Source: Firmicutes bacterium UBA5449 (GTDB taxonomy: Bacteria; Bacillota; SHA-98; UBA4971). Taken from it: a DNA stretch of 63,245 nt. Under the pieces are notes generated by a model. The model made no database searches. It was not told where the DNA came from and saw nothing but the letters and a program-made list of their open reading frames with translations. The translations under genes were made by a program, and so were the position numbers. The DNA lies in the NCBI GenBank assembly GCA_002424305.1, contig DIQZ01000045.1, positions 391 to 63,635 on the forward strand, read 5' to 3'. Numbering within the stretch: the stretch's first letter is position 1; every line of letters begins with the position of its first letter. Below are positions 28,534 to 39,309 of this stretch, one piece after another.

Positions 28534-29412
28534 TTGAACAAGGAGTTCTCCTACGGCGGTCAGGCTGTGATAGAAGGCGTGATGATGCGAGGCAGGCAAA
28601 GTATGGCAATTGCTGTGAGGAGGCCTGACTCAAGTATCATTGTGGAGAATAAGCCTGTAGGGACGCTGACCGCAAGGTATCCTGTATTAGGATTGCCGAT
28701 TATACGGGGAGTTGTCGCGTTCATTGAAACGCTGATAATAGGATTTAGCGCATTGATGTTCTCTGCGGATCAAGCTGCCGGAATGGATGAAGAGGAGCAG
28801 CTAAAACCGTGGGAACTTGCGTTAACCCTTTTGGTGGCCTTTGCGCTTTTTGTCGGTCTTTTTATTGTGCTTCCTAATGTTGTTGCAATTCAGATTCAGA
28901 AACTCATTCATAATAGGGTTTTGGTTAATCTGACAGAAGGCATATTTAGAATCGCCATCTTTATTGCATATATTGTAGCAGTCTCAAGGCTTGAAGACAT
29001 CCAGCGGGTGTTTCAGTACCATGGTGCAGAGCATAAGGTGATCCATACTTTTGAAGCAGGGCAAGAGCTTTCTGTGGAGAATACTAAACCCTACACAATT
29101 CTTCATCCTAGATGCGGCACTGCATTCTTGCTTATCGTAATGGTTACCATGGTGCTGGTATACTCACTTCTTCTCCGCCCCAACACCCTTGCGATGAGAA
29201 TTCTTAGTCGACTTGCGTTGCTTCCGGTTGTGACTGGGATATCATATGAAGTGATTAAACTTGCAGGTAGGTCTAATCCGCCTAAATTCATTCAATGGAT
29301 AATAGCGCCGGGACTTTGGCTGCAGAAGCTCACCTGCCAAGAGCCGGATGAAGATCAGATCGAAGTGGCAATTACGGCTCTTTCGAGCGTGCTTGAGGCG
29401 GACGGCGCTTAG
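28534..29412 (+). CDS. DUF1385 (YqhQ-like) membrane protein
   Basis: YGGQAVIEGVMMRG, RVFQYHGAEHK, HPRCGTAF, GLWLQKLTCQEP; usual position between rpmE and prfA/prmC. Confidence 0.92.
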   Translation: MNKEFSYGGQAVIEGVMMRGRQSMAIAVRRPDSSIIVENKPVGTLTARYPVLGLPIIRGVVAFIETLIIGFSALMFSADQAAGMDEEEQLKPWELALTLLVAFALFVGLFIVLPNVVAIQIQKLIHNRVLVNLTEGIFRIAIFIAYIVAVSRLEDIQRVFQYHGAEHKVIHTFEAGQELSVENTKPYTILHPRCGTAFLLIVMVTMVLVYSLLLRPNTLAMRILSRLALLPVVTGISYEVIKLAGRSNPPKFIQWIIAPGLWLQKLTCQEPDEDQIEVAITALSSVLEADGA

Positions 29413-29456
29413 AGAAGATATTTGGTATGCCGTTTCCCTCAAGGGGGTGAGATGTG

Positions 29457-30524
29457 ATGCAAAGTAGACTTGATGAGATCGAGCAGCGTTATATTGACCT
29501 CGAGTCAGAGCTTGCGAACCCTGAAGTCGTGACAGATCAAGAGAAGTTCAGGGATATTGCTAAGGCTCATGCAGACCTCGAAGAGATTGTGACGAAATAC
29601 AGGCAGTACAAAAATGTTCAGACAGATCTTCAAGAAGCCAAGGAAATGCTTGAATCAGGCGCTGATGATGAGTTGGAAGAGTTCCTCCATTCGGAACTGG
29701 AGCGTCTCGAGGAAGACGAAGCTAAGCTGGAAGAGGAGCTGAAAATCTTACTCCTCCCTAAAGACCCGAATGACGACAAAGACGTTATTGTCGAGATTCG
29801 AGGAGGGACCGGAGGAGAAGAAGCTGCGCTTTTTGCTGCGGATCTAATGCGAATGTATATGAGGTACGCAGAGCAAAATAGCTGGCAAGTTGAGATTATG
29901 AGTTCAAACCCGACTGACCTCGGGGGGTTCAAGGAAGTAATCTTTGCTGTCCAGGGGCGAGGCGCATACAGCAGACTGAAGTATGAAAGCGGTGTTCATA
30001 GGGTTCAGCGAATTCCTAACACTGAAGCTTCAGGCAGAATTCACACATCAACAGCTACTGTAGCTGTGTTACCGGAGGCAGAAGACGTAGAGCTGGAGAT
30101 AAGGTCTGATGAATTGCGTATTGACGTGTTCAGATCCACAGGACACGGCGGTCAAAGCGTGAACACCACTGATTCTGCTGTTCGAATAACGCATATGCCT
30201 ACAGGAATGGTGGTTACATGCCAGGATGAGAAGTCTCAGATAAAGAACAGAGGAAAAGCCCTTCGCGTTTTGCGGGCAAGACTTCTTGACAAACTGGAAA
30301 GCGAGCAAAAAGCGGAATTGGATGAAGCCAGACGTATACAGGTAGGAACCGGGGAGCGCAGTGAGCGCATACGCACCTATAACTATCCGCAGAATCGATT
30401 GACTGACCATAGAATCGGCCTTACCTTATACAGGCTCGGCGAAATCCTTGAGGGGAATATTGATGAAGTTGTCGATACCCTTATGGTGGTTGAGCAGAGC
30501 GAGAGGCTGAAGAAAATTGGTTGA
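29457..30524 (+). CDS. prfA: Peptide chain release factor 1
   Basis: [32 protein letters not shown] motif ([15 protein letters not shown]), [12 protein letters not shown]. Confidence 0.98.
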   Translation: MQSRLDEIEQRYIDLESELANPEVVTDQEKFRDIAKAHADLEEIVTKYRQYKNVQTDLQEAKEMLESGADDELEEFLHSELERLEEDEAKLEEELKILLLPKDPNDDKDVIVEIRGGTGGEEAALFAADLMRMYMRYAEQNSWQVEIMSSNPTDLGGFKEVIFAVQGRGAYSRLKYESGVHRVQRIPNTEASGRIHTSTATVAVLPEAEDVELEIRSDELRIDVFRSTGHGGQSVNTTDSAVRITHMPTGMVVTCQDEKSQIKNRGKALRVLRARLLDKLESEQKAELDEARRIQVGTGERSERIRTYNYPQNRLTDHRIGLTLYRLGEILEGNIDEVVDTLMVVEQSERLKKIG

Positions 30525-31404
30525 ACCTATTGGAATTGTTACTGTCAAGGATGCGCTTTTCGCTGCTACTCAGCGATTACGCGAAGCGGGTATTGAAGGC
30601 GCACGATTGGATGCAGAGGTTTTGCTCGCGCACATACTGAGAACCAATCGTGAGTACCTCTACACATATCCTGAAATACGCCTTGACTATAATGAATATG
30701 GAAGATATCAGGCAGCTCTGGAGCGCAGGTTAACCAGGCTGCCTGTAGCTTATATTACAGGTAAAAAGGAGTTTATGTCCCTGGAGTTCATCGTAGATGA
30801 CAACGTGCTCATACCTAGGCCGGAAACTGAGGTTCTTGTGGAAGAAGTCATTTGCCGACTCAGAATCCCTTGTCTTAAAGATAGTTCTGTAATCATTGCA
30901 GATATAGGGACAGGAAGCGGAGCCATAGCAGTGAGTGTTGCGTGGTTTCTAAAGACGGCTGAGGTTATAGCGACGGATATTTCACCGGGGGCACTTATCA
31001 TAGCTCAGGAGAATGCCGAAAGGCATCAGGTAGACCACAGGATAAAGTTCCTCCAAGGCGACCTCATATCCGCTCTTGCAGGGGAGGGGCTGGAACACAA
31101 AATTAATGCAATTGTCAGCAACCCACCATACCTATCAAGGAGAGAGGTGGCCGCTGTTTCGCCGGAAGTGAAACGGGAGCCGGAATCAGCTCTCTTGGGT
31201 GGAGAAGAAGGGCTTGACTTTTCCAAAGCTATCCTTCAAGGTTCCCGGAACTATTTGGCGGCGGGTGGATTTGTCGCTCTTGAAGTAGGTCATGATCAAG
31301 CCGGGCATCTGGCTGAATTTGCCAAGAAGACGTTGGGATACGGTGAAGTTGAAGTCGTGTTGGATTTAGCCGGAATTGAGAGAGTAGTAGTAGCAAGCTG
31401 TTAG
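30517..31404 (+). CDS. prmC: Release factor glutamine methyltransferase
   Basis: [46 protein letters not shown]. Confidence 0.97.
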   Translation: MVEPIGIVTVKDALFAATQRLREAGIEGARLDAEVLLAHILRTNREYLYTYPEIRLDYNEYGRYQAALERRLTRLPVAYITGKKEFMSLEFIVDDNVLIPRPETEVLVEEVICRLRIPCLKDSSVIIADIGTGSGAIAVSVAWFLKTAEVIATDISPGALIIAQENAERHQVDHRIKFLQGDLISALAGEGLEHKINAIVSNPPYLSRREVAAVSPEVKREPESALLGGEEGLDFSKAILQGSRNYLAAGGFVALEVGHDQAGHLAEFAKKTLGYGEVEVVLDLAGIERVVVASC

Positions 31405-31421
31405 CTTCCAGGAGTGGAGGT

Positions 31422-32495
31422 GTGGAGAAAAGACCCTTGAAAGAGACAGAGATAGTGAAAGTAGATCCAAATGGTCCGGATATTCATGTAATAGAGCGAG
31501 CTGCCTCCATAATCAAGGGGGGAGGCCTTGTCGCGTTTCCAACTGAGACTGTATATGGCTTAGGCGCTGACGGACTGCGTACTGATACTGTGGACAAGAT
31601 ATTTGTGGCAAAAGGTAGACCCGAGGATAACCCCCTTATCCTCCATGTTGCATCCCCTGAAGACGTGTTGCGGGTTGCAATGGAGGTTCCCACTGAGGCA
31701 GAGAAACTCATTCAACTCTTTTGGCCCGGCCCTCTTACCTTAGTCCTTCCGAAGAAACGCGAGGTGCCTGACATTGTTTCTGCAGGCCTCCCTACAATAG
31801 GCGTACGAATGCCTGATAATACCATAGCCTTAACCCTGATCGCTGAGTCAGGGACTCTTCTAGCTGCTCCAAGTGCTAACCTTTCAGGGAGACCCAGCCC
31901 TACTGAGGCAAATCACGTGGTAGCTGACATGTGGGGGAAAATCGACCTCATACTGGACGGAGGGCCTACCCGTATAGGTGTAGAGTCAACTGTTTTGGAC
32001 ATGACTCAGAGTCCTCCTCGAATTCTAAGACCGGGAAGTGTTACTTCGGAGGAGCTTGAGAGTGTGCTTGGACATGTTGATGCGCCAATCCGGAAAGGCG
32101 AAGACAGGTCTTGCCTGAGACAGACAGCCCCGAGCATGAAGTATTCCCATTACGCCATAAACATACCGCTCGTCCTTGTTCAGGGCGAACCTAAGGCCAT
32201 TGTCAGCCGAATACAGGAGGAGGCCGGGAATTGTCGGCGCCTTGGCAAGAGGGTCGGTATCATGAGTTCTGAAGAAAGTAAGGCAGAGTACTTAGAATAC
32301 GCGGATGTGGTAAGGTCTCTTGGCTCAAGATATGACCTTACTCAAGTTGCAGCAAGCCTCTACCGCATGTTACGCAGTTTCGAGACTTGCGGAATTCATG
32401 TTTTGTTTGCAGAGGGGTTCAGTGAAACCGGTCTCGGATTCGCAATCATGAATAGGCTGCGACAAGCTGCAAGAGGGCGGATTATCAATGTATGA
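31422..32495 (+). CDS. sua5: Threonylcarbamoyl-AMP synthase (Sua5/YwlC)
   Basis: VAFPTETVYGLGA, KGRPEDNPLI, FWPGPLT, APSANLSGRPSPT, GVESTV, C-terminal Sua5 domain (APSMKYSHYA). Confidence 0.96.
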   Translation: MEKRPLKETEIVKVDPNGPDIHVIERAASIIKGGGLVAFPTETVYGLGADGLRTDTVDKIFVAKGRPEDNPLILHVASPEDVLRVAMEVPTEAEKLIQLFWPGPLTLVLPKKREVPDIVSAGLPTIGVRMPDNTIALTLIAESGTLLAAPSANLSGRPSPTEANHVVADMWGKIDLILDGGPTRIGVESTVLDMTQSPPRILRPGSVTSEELESVLGHVDAPIRKGEDRSCLRQTAPSMKYSHYAINIPLVLVQGEPKAIVSRIQEEAGNCRRLGKRVGIMSSEESKAEYLEYADVVRSLGSRYDLTQVAASLYRMLRSFETCGIHVLFAEGFSETGLGFAIMNRLRQAARGRIINV

Positions 32496-32552
32496 TGCTG
32501 TATTATGGCAACACGGGATGCATTACTCCTTCCAACAAGGGGGTGTTGTCTG

Positions 32553-33086
32553 ATGAAACCACCGGAGACAATCGTATTGGTTTGTACGGGGAATACGTGT
32601 AGGAGCGTTATGGCTGAAGCTATGTTGAGGCAAGCGTTTGACGAGGCCTTAGGGGATTTCGCCAAAGATGTGAATGTAATTTCAGCGGGGGTTTCCGCAT
32701 GTCCCGGTGACCCTGCGTCTCGCCACGCTGAGACAGCCATGGAAGAGCTTGGGCTTGATGTATCCCATCATCAAGCTTCTCCGGTTTCAGGTAAGACGCT
32801 AAGTGACGCTGATCTCGTATTGACTATGACAATAGCTCAAAAAGATAAGCTGTTGAAAGACTATGCGTTGATTGAAGGGAAGATCATGACTCTTATTGAG
32901 TTTGCCGACTTAGCTGAAGAACTCGGCGAAGACATAGAAGACCCTTTTGGTGGTTCTCTTGAAACCTACCGGGGCAGTGCCCACCAAATCAGCAGAGCGG
33001 TTAAGGTCATAACAAGGAAAATTAAAGATTTATTTGAATCAAGTAGGTTAAGGACAGACAGTCACGAAGATCTGCATGAAAATTGA
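32553..33086 (+). CDS. ywlE: Low-molecular-weight protein arginine/tyrosine phosphatase (YwlE-like)
   Basis: P-loop VCTGNTCRS, DIEDPFG; conserved position after sua5. Start ATG 32553. Confidence 0.88.
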   Translation: MKPPETIVLVCTGNTCRSVMAEAMLRQAFDEALGDFAKDVNVISAGVSACPGDPASRHAETAMEELGLDVSHHQASPVSGKTLSDADLVLTMTIAQKDKLLKDYALIEGKIMTLIEFADLAEELGEDIEDPFGGSLETYRGSAHQISRAVKVITRKIKDLFESSRLRTDSHEDLHEN

Positions 33087-33191
33087 CTGCGTAGGCTTAG
33101 AGATAAGTGAGAGTCTCAAATTGCCGGAAGCCGTCATGCAAGACGGGCAGGCAAAATAGCTATAGACAAAACCGGAAAGGAAGAGGTTCTT

Positions 33192-33821
33192 ATGTCAACA
33201 GTTCACCTAATGGATCACCCACTCATTCAGCACAAGCTTGCTCTCATCAGGGACAAGACTACAGGCTCAAAAGACTTTCGAGATCTTGTAGCTGAGATTT
33301 CCACTCTCATGGCATATGAGGTTACCAGAGACCTACCGCTTGAAGACACTGAAGTCGAGACCCCAATCAGCGTAGCGAAAGCCAGGGTTATCTCAGGCAA
33401 GAAAGTCGGGGTCGTTGCTGTTTTAAGGGCAGGCCTCGGAATGGTAGAGGGTATGCTCAGGCTTATACCTGCAGCTAAGGTAGGACATATCGGTATCTAT
33501 CGAGATCCTGAAACACTGAAGCCTGTAGACTACTACTGCAAGTTGCCTCCGGATGTAGGTGAACGCGATCTCATATTGGTTGATCCCATGTTAGCTACAG
33601 GTGGGTCTGCTACCTGTGCCATAAGATTCCTGAAGGAAAGGGGCGCAACCAACATAAAGCTGGTTGTGCTGGTATCCGCTCCGGAAGGTATCAAGATGGT
33701 ACAGGAGAGTCATCCTGACGTAGACATATATACCGCTGCAATTGATGAATGCCTGAACTCACATGGTTACATAGTGCCCGGACTTGGCGATGCGGGGGAC
33801 AGGCTTTTCGGAACTAAGTAG
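33192..33821 (+). CDS. upp: Uracil phosphoribosyltransferase
   Basis: [45 protein letters not shown]. Confidence 0.98.
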   Translation: MSTVHLMDHPLIQHKLALIRDKTTGSKDFRDLVAEISTLMAYEVTRDLPLEDTEVETPISVAKARVISGKKVGVVAVLRAGLGMVEGMLRLIPAAKVGHIGIYRDPETLKPVDYYCKLPPDVGERDLILVDPMLATGGSATCAIRFLKERGATNIKLVVLVSAPEGIKMVQESHPDVDIYTAAIDECLNSHGYIVPGLGDAGDRLFGTK

Positions 33822-33857
33822 GGCTTTTCGCCCTAAGTGGAGAAGGAATGAGTTGAG

Positions 33858-34316
33858 TTGAGCAAGGAGTTTATAAGGCCGTCCTGGGACGAATACTTCA
33901 TAGGAATTGCCAAGCTTGTCGCCGGCCGGTCAACATGCCTGAGAAGGCAAGTAGGCGCAGTGGCTGTGAGAGACAGACGTATTCTGGCCACAGGATACAA
34001 TGGGGCGCCCGCAGGGCTTGCCCATTGCGCAGAAGTAGGGTGTATAAGGGAAGAGAGACACGTACCTTCGGGCGAGCGTCATGAGCTTTGCAGAGGGCTC
34101 CATGCAGAACAGAATGTGATAATTCAGGCAGCTCTTCATGGAATAAGTATCCAAGGGGCTACTGTATATATTACAAACTATCCATGCTCATTATGTGTAA
34201 AGATGCTTATTAATGCAGGCATCCGGGACATAGTCTATTTTGGGGATTACCCGGATGAGCTTGCCTCTGAGATTCTGAAGGAGGCAGGCTTGAAGATCCG
34301 TCAATATATGGGGTGA
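33858..34316 (+). CDS. dCMP deaminase / cytidine deaminase-like protein
   Basis: [34 protein letters not shown]. Confidence 0.92.
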   Translation: MSKEFIRPSWDEYFIGIAKLVAGRSTCLRRQVGAVAVRDRRILATGYNGAPAGLAHCAEVGCIREERHVPSGERHELCRGLHAEQNVIIQAALHGISIQGATVYITNYPCSLCVKMLINAGIRDIVYFGDYPDELASEILKEAGLKIRQYMG

Positions 34317-34360
34317 AAAGACAGTTACCGACAGGAGCCGGGGCGAAGTTGAGACCAACC

Positions 34361-34389
34361 TTGACATGCCCATATACCTGGGTTAGAAT
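34361..34389 (+). promoter_or_regulatory. SigmaA promoter of tagO-wecB
   Basis: TTGACA -17 bp- TAGAAT. Confidence 0.8.
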
Positions 34390-34491
34390 GTGGACGACAG
34401 TCATAGATATGCTCTTAACCTGCATGATACCTCAATAATCTCAAAAGTACATACACAAGCCCTTAAATTGAGAGGAGAAAGCCGGCCTCAA

Positions 34492-35544
34492 ATGACAGCC
34501 TATGTTCGAATCTTCATCGAAGCATCAATAATATCGCTTCTGCTGACTCCGATTATACGTGAGGGAGCTATTCGAGCGGGGCTTGTATATATGCCAAACT
34601 CACGGACGGTTCATGACCACCCTATGCCTATCATGGGCGGACTCGCTATCTTCATTGCGTTTTTATTCACTGTTCTTCATCATGTAGGTCTCGGCTATGA
34701 TACACTTGGCTTGCTTTTGGGCGCGCTTATTGTGGTATGTATAGGGATTTGGGATGATATCCGAGAACTTCGACCGTTACCAAAGCTCATCGGGCAGATT
34801 CTGGCTGCCTTAGTTGCCATAAAATTCGGTGTGCAAATTGAGTTCATTACTAATCCTTTCGGACCAGGAATGCTTTATCTGGGTTTCTGGGGTATACCCC
34901 TTACTATCCTTTGGATTGTAGGGATGGTGAATGTAGTCAATTTCCTCGACGGCCTTGACGGGCTCGCTGCAGGTGTATCAATAATTGCGGCTTTTGCCCT
35001 CTTTGCAGTAGCATCATCTCGTGGACAAGTCTTCGCAGCTATGCTCGCAATAGCTTTGGCCGGATCTGCCCTGGGATTCTTACCGTATAATTTTAACCCT
35101 GCCAGTATTTTTATGGGTGATGCAGGTGCAATGTTGCTGGGTTTTACGCTTGCGGTGATCTCTGTGGAGGGCGCGTTGAAAGGGGCAGCTACCATAGCAT
35201 TAGCTGTTCCTGTGTTTACTCTCGGTGTTCCTATTTTCGATACGGCTTTCTCCATAGTTCGTCGGGTTCATAACGGTACACCTTTTTACCAGGCTGACAA
35301 AGAGCATATTCACCATCGTCTCCTTAATAACGGGTTTTCTCATAGGGGAGCTGTTGTATTCATATATGCGATCACAGGTTGCCTTGGGATAATAGCTACT
35401 CTTATGGCCAAATGCGGTGTGACACTTACCGGCTATGTTCTGGTCGCCTTGTTTCTAAGTGTTATTTTGGTTTCCATTCGTAAGGTACGGGGCGTGCGTT
35501 CTCATGACAAGCAAAGAGGCGATATTGAAGCTCAACATAGATAA
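34492..35544 (+). CDS. tagO: Undecaprenyl-phosphate GlcNAc-1-phosphate transferase (TagO/WecA, MraY family)
   Basis: PMPIMGGLAI, GIWDD, NVVNFLDGLDGLA, NFNPASIFMGDAG, DKEHIHHRL. Start ATG 34492 (track start 34390). Confidence 0.9.
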   Translation: MTAYVRIFIEASIISLLLTPIIREGAIRAGLVYMPNSRTVHDHPMPIMGGLAIFIAFLFTVLHHVGLGYDTLGLLLGALIVVCIGIWDDIRELRPLPKLIGQILAALVAIKFGVQIEFITNPFGPGMLYLGFWGIPLTILWIVGMVNVVNFLDGLDGLAAGVSIIAAFALFAVASSRGQVFAAMLAIALAGSALGFLPYNFNPASIFMGDAGAMLLGFTLAVISVEGALKGAATIALAVPVFTLGVPIFDTAFSIVRRVHNGTPFYQADKEHIHHRLLNNGFSHRGAVVFIYAITGCLGIIATLMAKCGVTLTGYVLVALFLSVILVSIRKVRGVRSHDKQRGDIEAQHR

Positions 35545-35569
35545 CGCGATACTATGAAAGGGGATTAGG

Positions 35570-36721
35570 ATGCCGAAGAAGAAGGTCATGACAATATTCG
35601 GGACTCGCCCGGAAGCCATCAAGATGGCTCCGGTAGTGCAAGCGTTAAAAGGTGCCCGCGAGCTCTCAACAGTTGTGGTAGTAACTGCTCAACATAGGGA
35701 AATGCTGGACCAGGTCCTTGAAATCTTTGGCATCGCCCCTGACTATGATCTAGACATAATGAAGGATCTGCAATCTCTTTCAGAAATCATTACCCGTACG
35801 TTGATTGGACTCGAGGAACCCATAGAGAAAGAAAAGCCCGATCTGATTCTGGTGCACGGAGATACCGCGACAACTTTTGCAGGTGCACTCAGTGGGTTCT
35901 ACCACCATGTACAAGTCGGTCATGTTGAAGCAGGCCTCAGAACTCATGATAAGTATTCGCCTTATCCTGAGGAGATGAATAGGCGCCTTACAGGGTGTCT
36001 TTCCGACATCCATTTTGCGCCGCTGGGCGCCCATAGGGACAACCTTCTTTCCGAAGGTACGCCTGCCGAGTCAATCCATGTTACAGGGAATACAGTGATT
36101 GACGCGCTCCTTAATGTAGCATCGATCCCGTATGAATTTACCTGCCCCCGCCTGGCATCCATTGACTATCAGAGCAAAAAGGTCTTACTCGTAACTGCTC
36201 ATCGGCGCGAGAATCTGGGCAAACCTATGCGAAGGATATGTCAAGCGCTGAAGACGCTTGTAGCTATGCATTCTGACATAGAGGTGGTTTTCCCCGTCCA
36301 TATGAACCCCGTTGTAAGGAAAGATGTTTTCCAAATCCTCTGTGGTGTGCCGCGTATCCATCTGCTGGATCCTGTGGATTATCAAACTATGGTAGCCATA
36401 ATGTCCGGATGCTATTTGGTTTTGACAGATTCCGGTGGTCTGCAGGAAGAAGCGCCTTCTTTAGATAAGCCTGTTGTGGTGCTGAGGGACGTAACAGAGC
36501 GACCTGAAGGTGTTGATTCGGGCACCCTTGCTCTTGTCGGTACAGACGAGGAGAGAATCATCTCATTTGTGGAAAGACTGCTTGATGATTCGTCAGAGTA
36601 TGAGCGCATGGCTAAAGCCCGGAACCCTTATGGTGATGGACAGGCTGCGAATCGCATTCTTGATGCGATTTTGTGGAAATTCGGCATAAATTCTCTGAGG
36701 CCCATGGATTTCCAGGGGTAA
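35570..36721 (+). CDS. wecB: UDP-N-acetylglucosamine 2-epimerase (non-hydrolysing)
   Basis: FGTRPEAIKMAP, TAQHREML, VHGDT, HVEAGLRT, PEEMNR, TAHRREN, TDSGGLQEEAP, RNPYGDG. Confidence 0.97.
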   Translation: MPKKKVMTIFGTRPEAIKMAPVVQALKGARELSTVVVVTAQHREMLDQVLEIFGIAPDYDLDIMKDLQSLSEIITRTLIGLEEPIEKEKPDLILVHGDTATTFAGALSGFYHHVQVGHVEAGLRTHDKYSPYPEEMNRRLTGCLSDIHFAPLGAHRDNLLSEGTPAESIHVTGNTVIDALLNVASIPYEFTCPRLASIDYQSKKVLLVTAHRRENLGKPMRRICQALKTLVAMHSDIEVVFPVHMNPVVRKDVFQILCGVPRIHLLDPVDYQTMVAIMSGCYLVLTDSGGLQEEAPSLDKPVVVLRDVTERPEGVDSGTLALVGTDEERIISFVERLLDDSSEYERMAKARNPYGDGQAANRILDAILWKFGINSLRPMDFQG

Positions 36722-36767
36722 CCTGGACATAATAGGTATCATAGGTTAGGCAGGAGCAAGTTTCCAG

Positions 36768-36796
36768 TTGAAGCCTAATCTTTCCGATGGTACACT
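36768..36796 (+). promoter_or_regulatory. SigmaA promoter of murA
   Basis: TTGAAG -17 bp- TACACT with extended TG. Confidence 0.65.
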
Positions 36797-36863
36797 GTTG
36801 GTCGAGGTATAACCGGGAAATCACTCAATTTTTTGTTGTTGTGTGTTGAGAGGAGGAAACCGT

Positions 36864-38156
36864 GTGGAGAGTCTCCTCATCCAGGGAGGAGTAAGATTAA
36901 CCGGACGAGTTACTGTCAGTGGTGCTAAGAATGCCGCTTTACCTGCGATTGCTGCTGCGCTCCTTACCGGAGGGACTGTCAATCTTTCGTGCGTACCTGC
37001 ACTTGATGATATCTTCACCATGTGTGAGCTCTTAGAGACAGTCGGCGTTTCTGTAGGCTGGGGTCCGGGATGTCTCACATTGGACGCCGGAGGGGCGAAC
37101 GCAAAAGAGACCTCATATGAGTTAGTCAGACGCATGAGAGCGTCATTCTTGATTGCCGGTCCTATGCTGGCCAGATTCGGTTTTGCGCGTATGCCTATGC
37201 CCGGAGGTTGCGCCATAGGCTCAAGGCCTATTGATCTTCATCTTAAGGCTTTTGCTGCCATGGGTGCGGAGATACTTGTTGAAAGCGGGTGTATTCAGGC
37301 AAAGGCTCCCAATGGGCTGAAAGGCGCTCATATATACTTCGATTATCCTAGCGTAGGTGCAACCGAAAATGCCATGATGGCAGCTTCTCTTGTCAAAGAC
37401 ACTACTATCTTGGAGAATGTCGCCAGAGAACCGGAAATTGTGGATCTGGCAAATCTTTTGACCAAGATGGGTGCTAAAGTAGTGGGAGCAGGCACAGGTA
37501 TTATCAGAATTCAGGGCGTAGATGACTTGGAAGGCACGAACCATACAGTCATACCTGACCGGATAGAAGCAGGAACGTATATGACAGCCGCAGCTATCAC
37601 CAAGGGCGATGTAATCCTTGAGAATGTTGTGCCGGAACACTTAACTGCGGTAATCGCGAAATTGCGCGAACTCGGTGCTTGCGTTGAGGCAGAGGAATCT
37701 ACGATCCATGTTTCTTGCACGACCTGTCCTAAAGCAGTAGATATCAAGACTATGCCATACCCGGGTTTTCCAACAGATCTTCAGGCACAGTTAATGTCAT
37801 TACTGTCATTGGCTGACGGCATGAGTATTGTTACTGAGACTGTATTCGAAAACAGGTTCATGCATGTGGACGAGCTTACGCGAATGGGCGCTAAAATTAA
37901 GATTGACGGTAGGGCAGCAATTGTTGAGGGAGTGGACAGGCTATCAGGTGCTCCCGTTACCGCTACAGATCTTAGAGCAGGGGCTGCTCTTGTCGTTGCG
38001 GGTTTAGCTGCCAATGGAGATACAGAAGTAGTCAATGTGGAACACATTGACCGGGGATACGAGTACATTGAGAAGAAATTGGGTTCCTTAGGGGCAAGCA
38101 TAATTAGGAAGTCTGTTTCGAAAGAGAGAGAAACTTCAGCTGCGACAGCCTCATAG
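36864..38156 (+). CDS. murA: UDP-N-acetylglucosamine 1-carboxyvinyltransferase
   Basis: SGAKNAALP, MRASFLIAGPML, PGGCAIGSRPIDLH, SVGATEN, PDRIEAGT, PYPGFPTDLQ, ATDLRAGAAL. GTG start after AGGAGG. Confidence 0.98.
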   Translation: MESLLIQGGVRLTGRVTVSGAKNAALPAIAAALLTGGTVNLSCVPALDDIFTMCELLETVGVSVGWGPGCLTLDAGGANAKETSYELVRRMRASFLIAGPMLARFGFARMPMPGGCAIGSRPIDLHLKAFAAMGAEILVESGCIQAKAPNGLKGAHIYFDYPSVGATENAMMAASLVKDTTILENVAREPEIVDLANLLTKMGAKVVGAGTGIIRIQGVDDLEGTNHTVIPDRIEAGTYMTAAAITKGDVILENVVPEHLTAVIAKLRELGACVEAEESTIHVSCTTCPKAVDIKTMPYPGFPTDLQAQLMSLLSLADGMSIVTETVFENRFMHVDELTRMGAKIKIDGRAAIVEGVDRLSGAPVTATDLRAGAALVVAGLAANGDTEVVNVEHIDRGYEYIEKKLGSLGASIIRKSVSKERETSAATAS

Positions 38157-38253
38157 CATCATCCGGTTCTAATCAGTCCTTCTGCTGAGTATAGATAAGT
38201 CTATAGAGAGATGAATAGACAAGCAGTCATTTCTTGGCAGGAGGAAAGCTTTT

Positions 38254-39252
38254 ATGGGTCAATGGATTATCATTTGTGTTGGGTTTTGTATTCTCGTTGT
38301 GGTGGTGCTTCCTTCAGTAATTGTGCGAGGATGCAGCTTTAACATTTACCCTCTGACTGAGCAGTTGAGTTCTTTTGACCAGACTGTCAAAGTCTTCATT
38401 GTCGCATCAAATCAACTTCAAGACATGCCGATAGAAGAATATATTAAAGGGGTAGTAGCTGCGGAGATGCCGGCATCGTTTGGCGTTGAAGCACTGAGGG
38501 CTCAGGCCATAGCAGCTCGGACTTTCACTTTGAGACGGATGGTAGCAGCCGGCGGGCCTGGGTGTACCGCGCATTCCGGTGCTGACATATGTACGGATCA
38601 TCGACACTGCCAGGCATGGGTATCACCTGTGTATTCCCGTAAAATCCAAGACGCAGTGAACTCCACAAAAGGATTGGTAGCCACATATCAAGGGGGCTTG
38701 ATAGATGCTTGCTATCATGCTGCGTCAGGCGGAGCCACTGACAACTCAGAAGAAGTATGGTCCAGCGCTGTGCCGTATCTGAAAGGAGTTTCTACCGAGT
38801 TTGAAGCCAAAGAGCCTGATTTTCTCAAGGAAGTCAGCTTCGCCATGGATGAGCTGGAGAAACAGCTGGAAGTAAGCTTGAAGGAGAGGAAGTCTACTAC
38901 GTACAAGGTTGCAGGAAAGGATGTTCATGTTATATCTGAAGAGAGGATGGATAAACCCATCGAAGTTCTTGAAGCCTCGAAAGCGGGTCGTGTTAAGGAA
39001 ATCAGAATCGGTGATAAGGTGTTCAGCGGGTACGCTCTGAGAACCCTCCTCGGCCTCCCTTCAACTAAGATGACTTATAGAATAGCCGATAACAAGGTTT
39101 ACATTACAACTACAGGATATGGACACGGTGTGGGAATGTCCCAATATGGCGCCAACGCTATGGCAGATTCAGGCAAAAATTACGTGGAAATTCTCAAGCA
39201 TTATTATCAAGGAATTGAGGTTGTAGATTATGTGAATGCACAGGTCAAGTGA
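38254..39252 (+). CDS. spoIID: Stage II sporulation protein D
   Basis: EEYIKGVVAAEMPASF, EALRAQAIAART, CQAW, PYLKGV, GYGHGVGMSQYGANAMA, ILKHYYQG; position after murA. Confidence 0.93.
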   Translation: MGQWIIICVGFCILVVVVLPSVIVRGCSFNIYPLTEQLSSFDQTVKVFIVASNQLQDMPIEEYIKGVVAAEMPASFGVEALRAQAIAARTFTLRRMVAAGGPGCTAHSGADICTDHRHCQAWVSPVYSRKIQDAVNSTKGLVATYQGGLIDACYHAASGGATDNSEEVWSSAVPYLKGVSTEFEAKEPDFLKEVSFAMDELEKQLEVSLKERKSTTYKVAGKDVHVISEERMDKPIEVLEASKAGRVKEIRIGDKVFSGYALRTLLGLPSTKMTYRIADNKVYITTTGYGHGVGMSQYGANAMADSGKNYVEILKHYYQGIEVVDYVNAQVK

Positions 39253-39309
39253 ACCCTTGGTCTGCATAGACAGGAAAGAATTGGGGAGAATATTGTCTGG
39301 GGTGATGCC

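Noticed and set aside
33076-33159. Short ORF MKIDCVG... as an rpiB remnant
   Set aside because: Only the first three residues resemble RpiB; no DH or other conserved motif, so probably chance.
39264-39295. SigmaF promoter before spoIIQ-like gene (GCATA...GGGAGAATATTG), and sigmaE promoters before spoIID and spoIIID
   Set aside because: Suggestive, but spacing or -10 matches are imperfect; not callable by eye.
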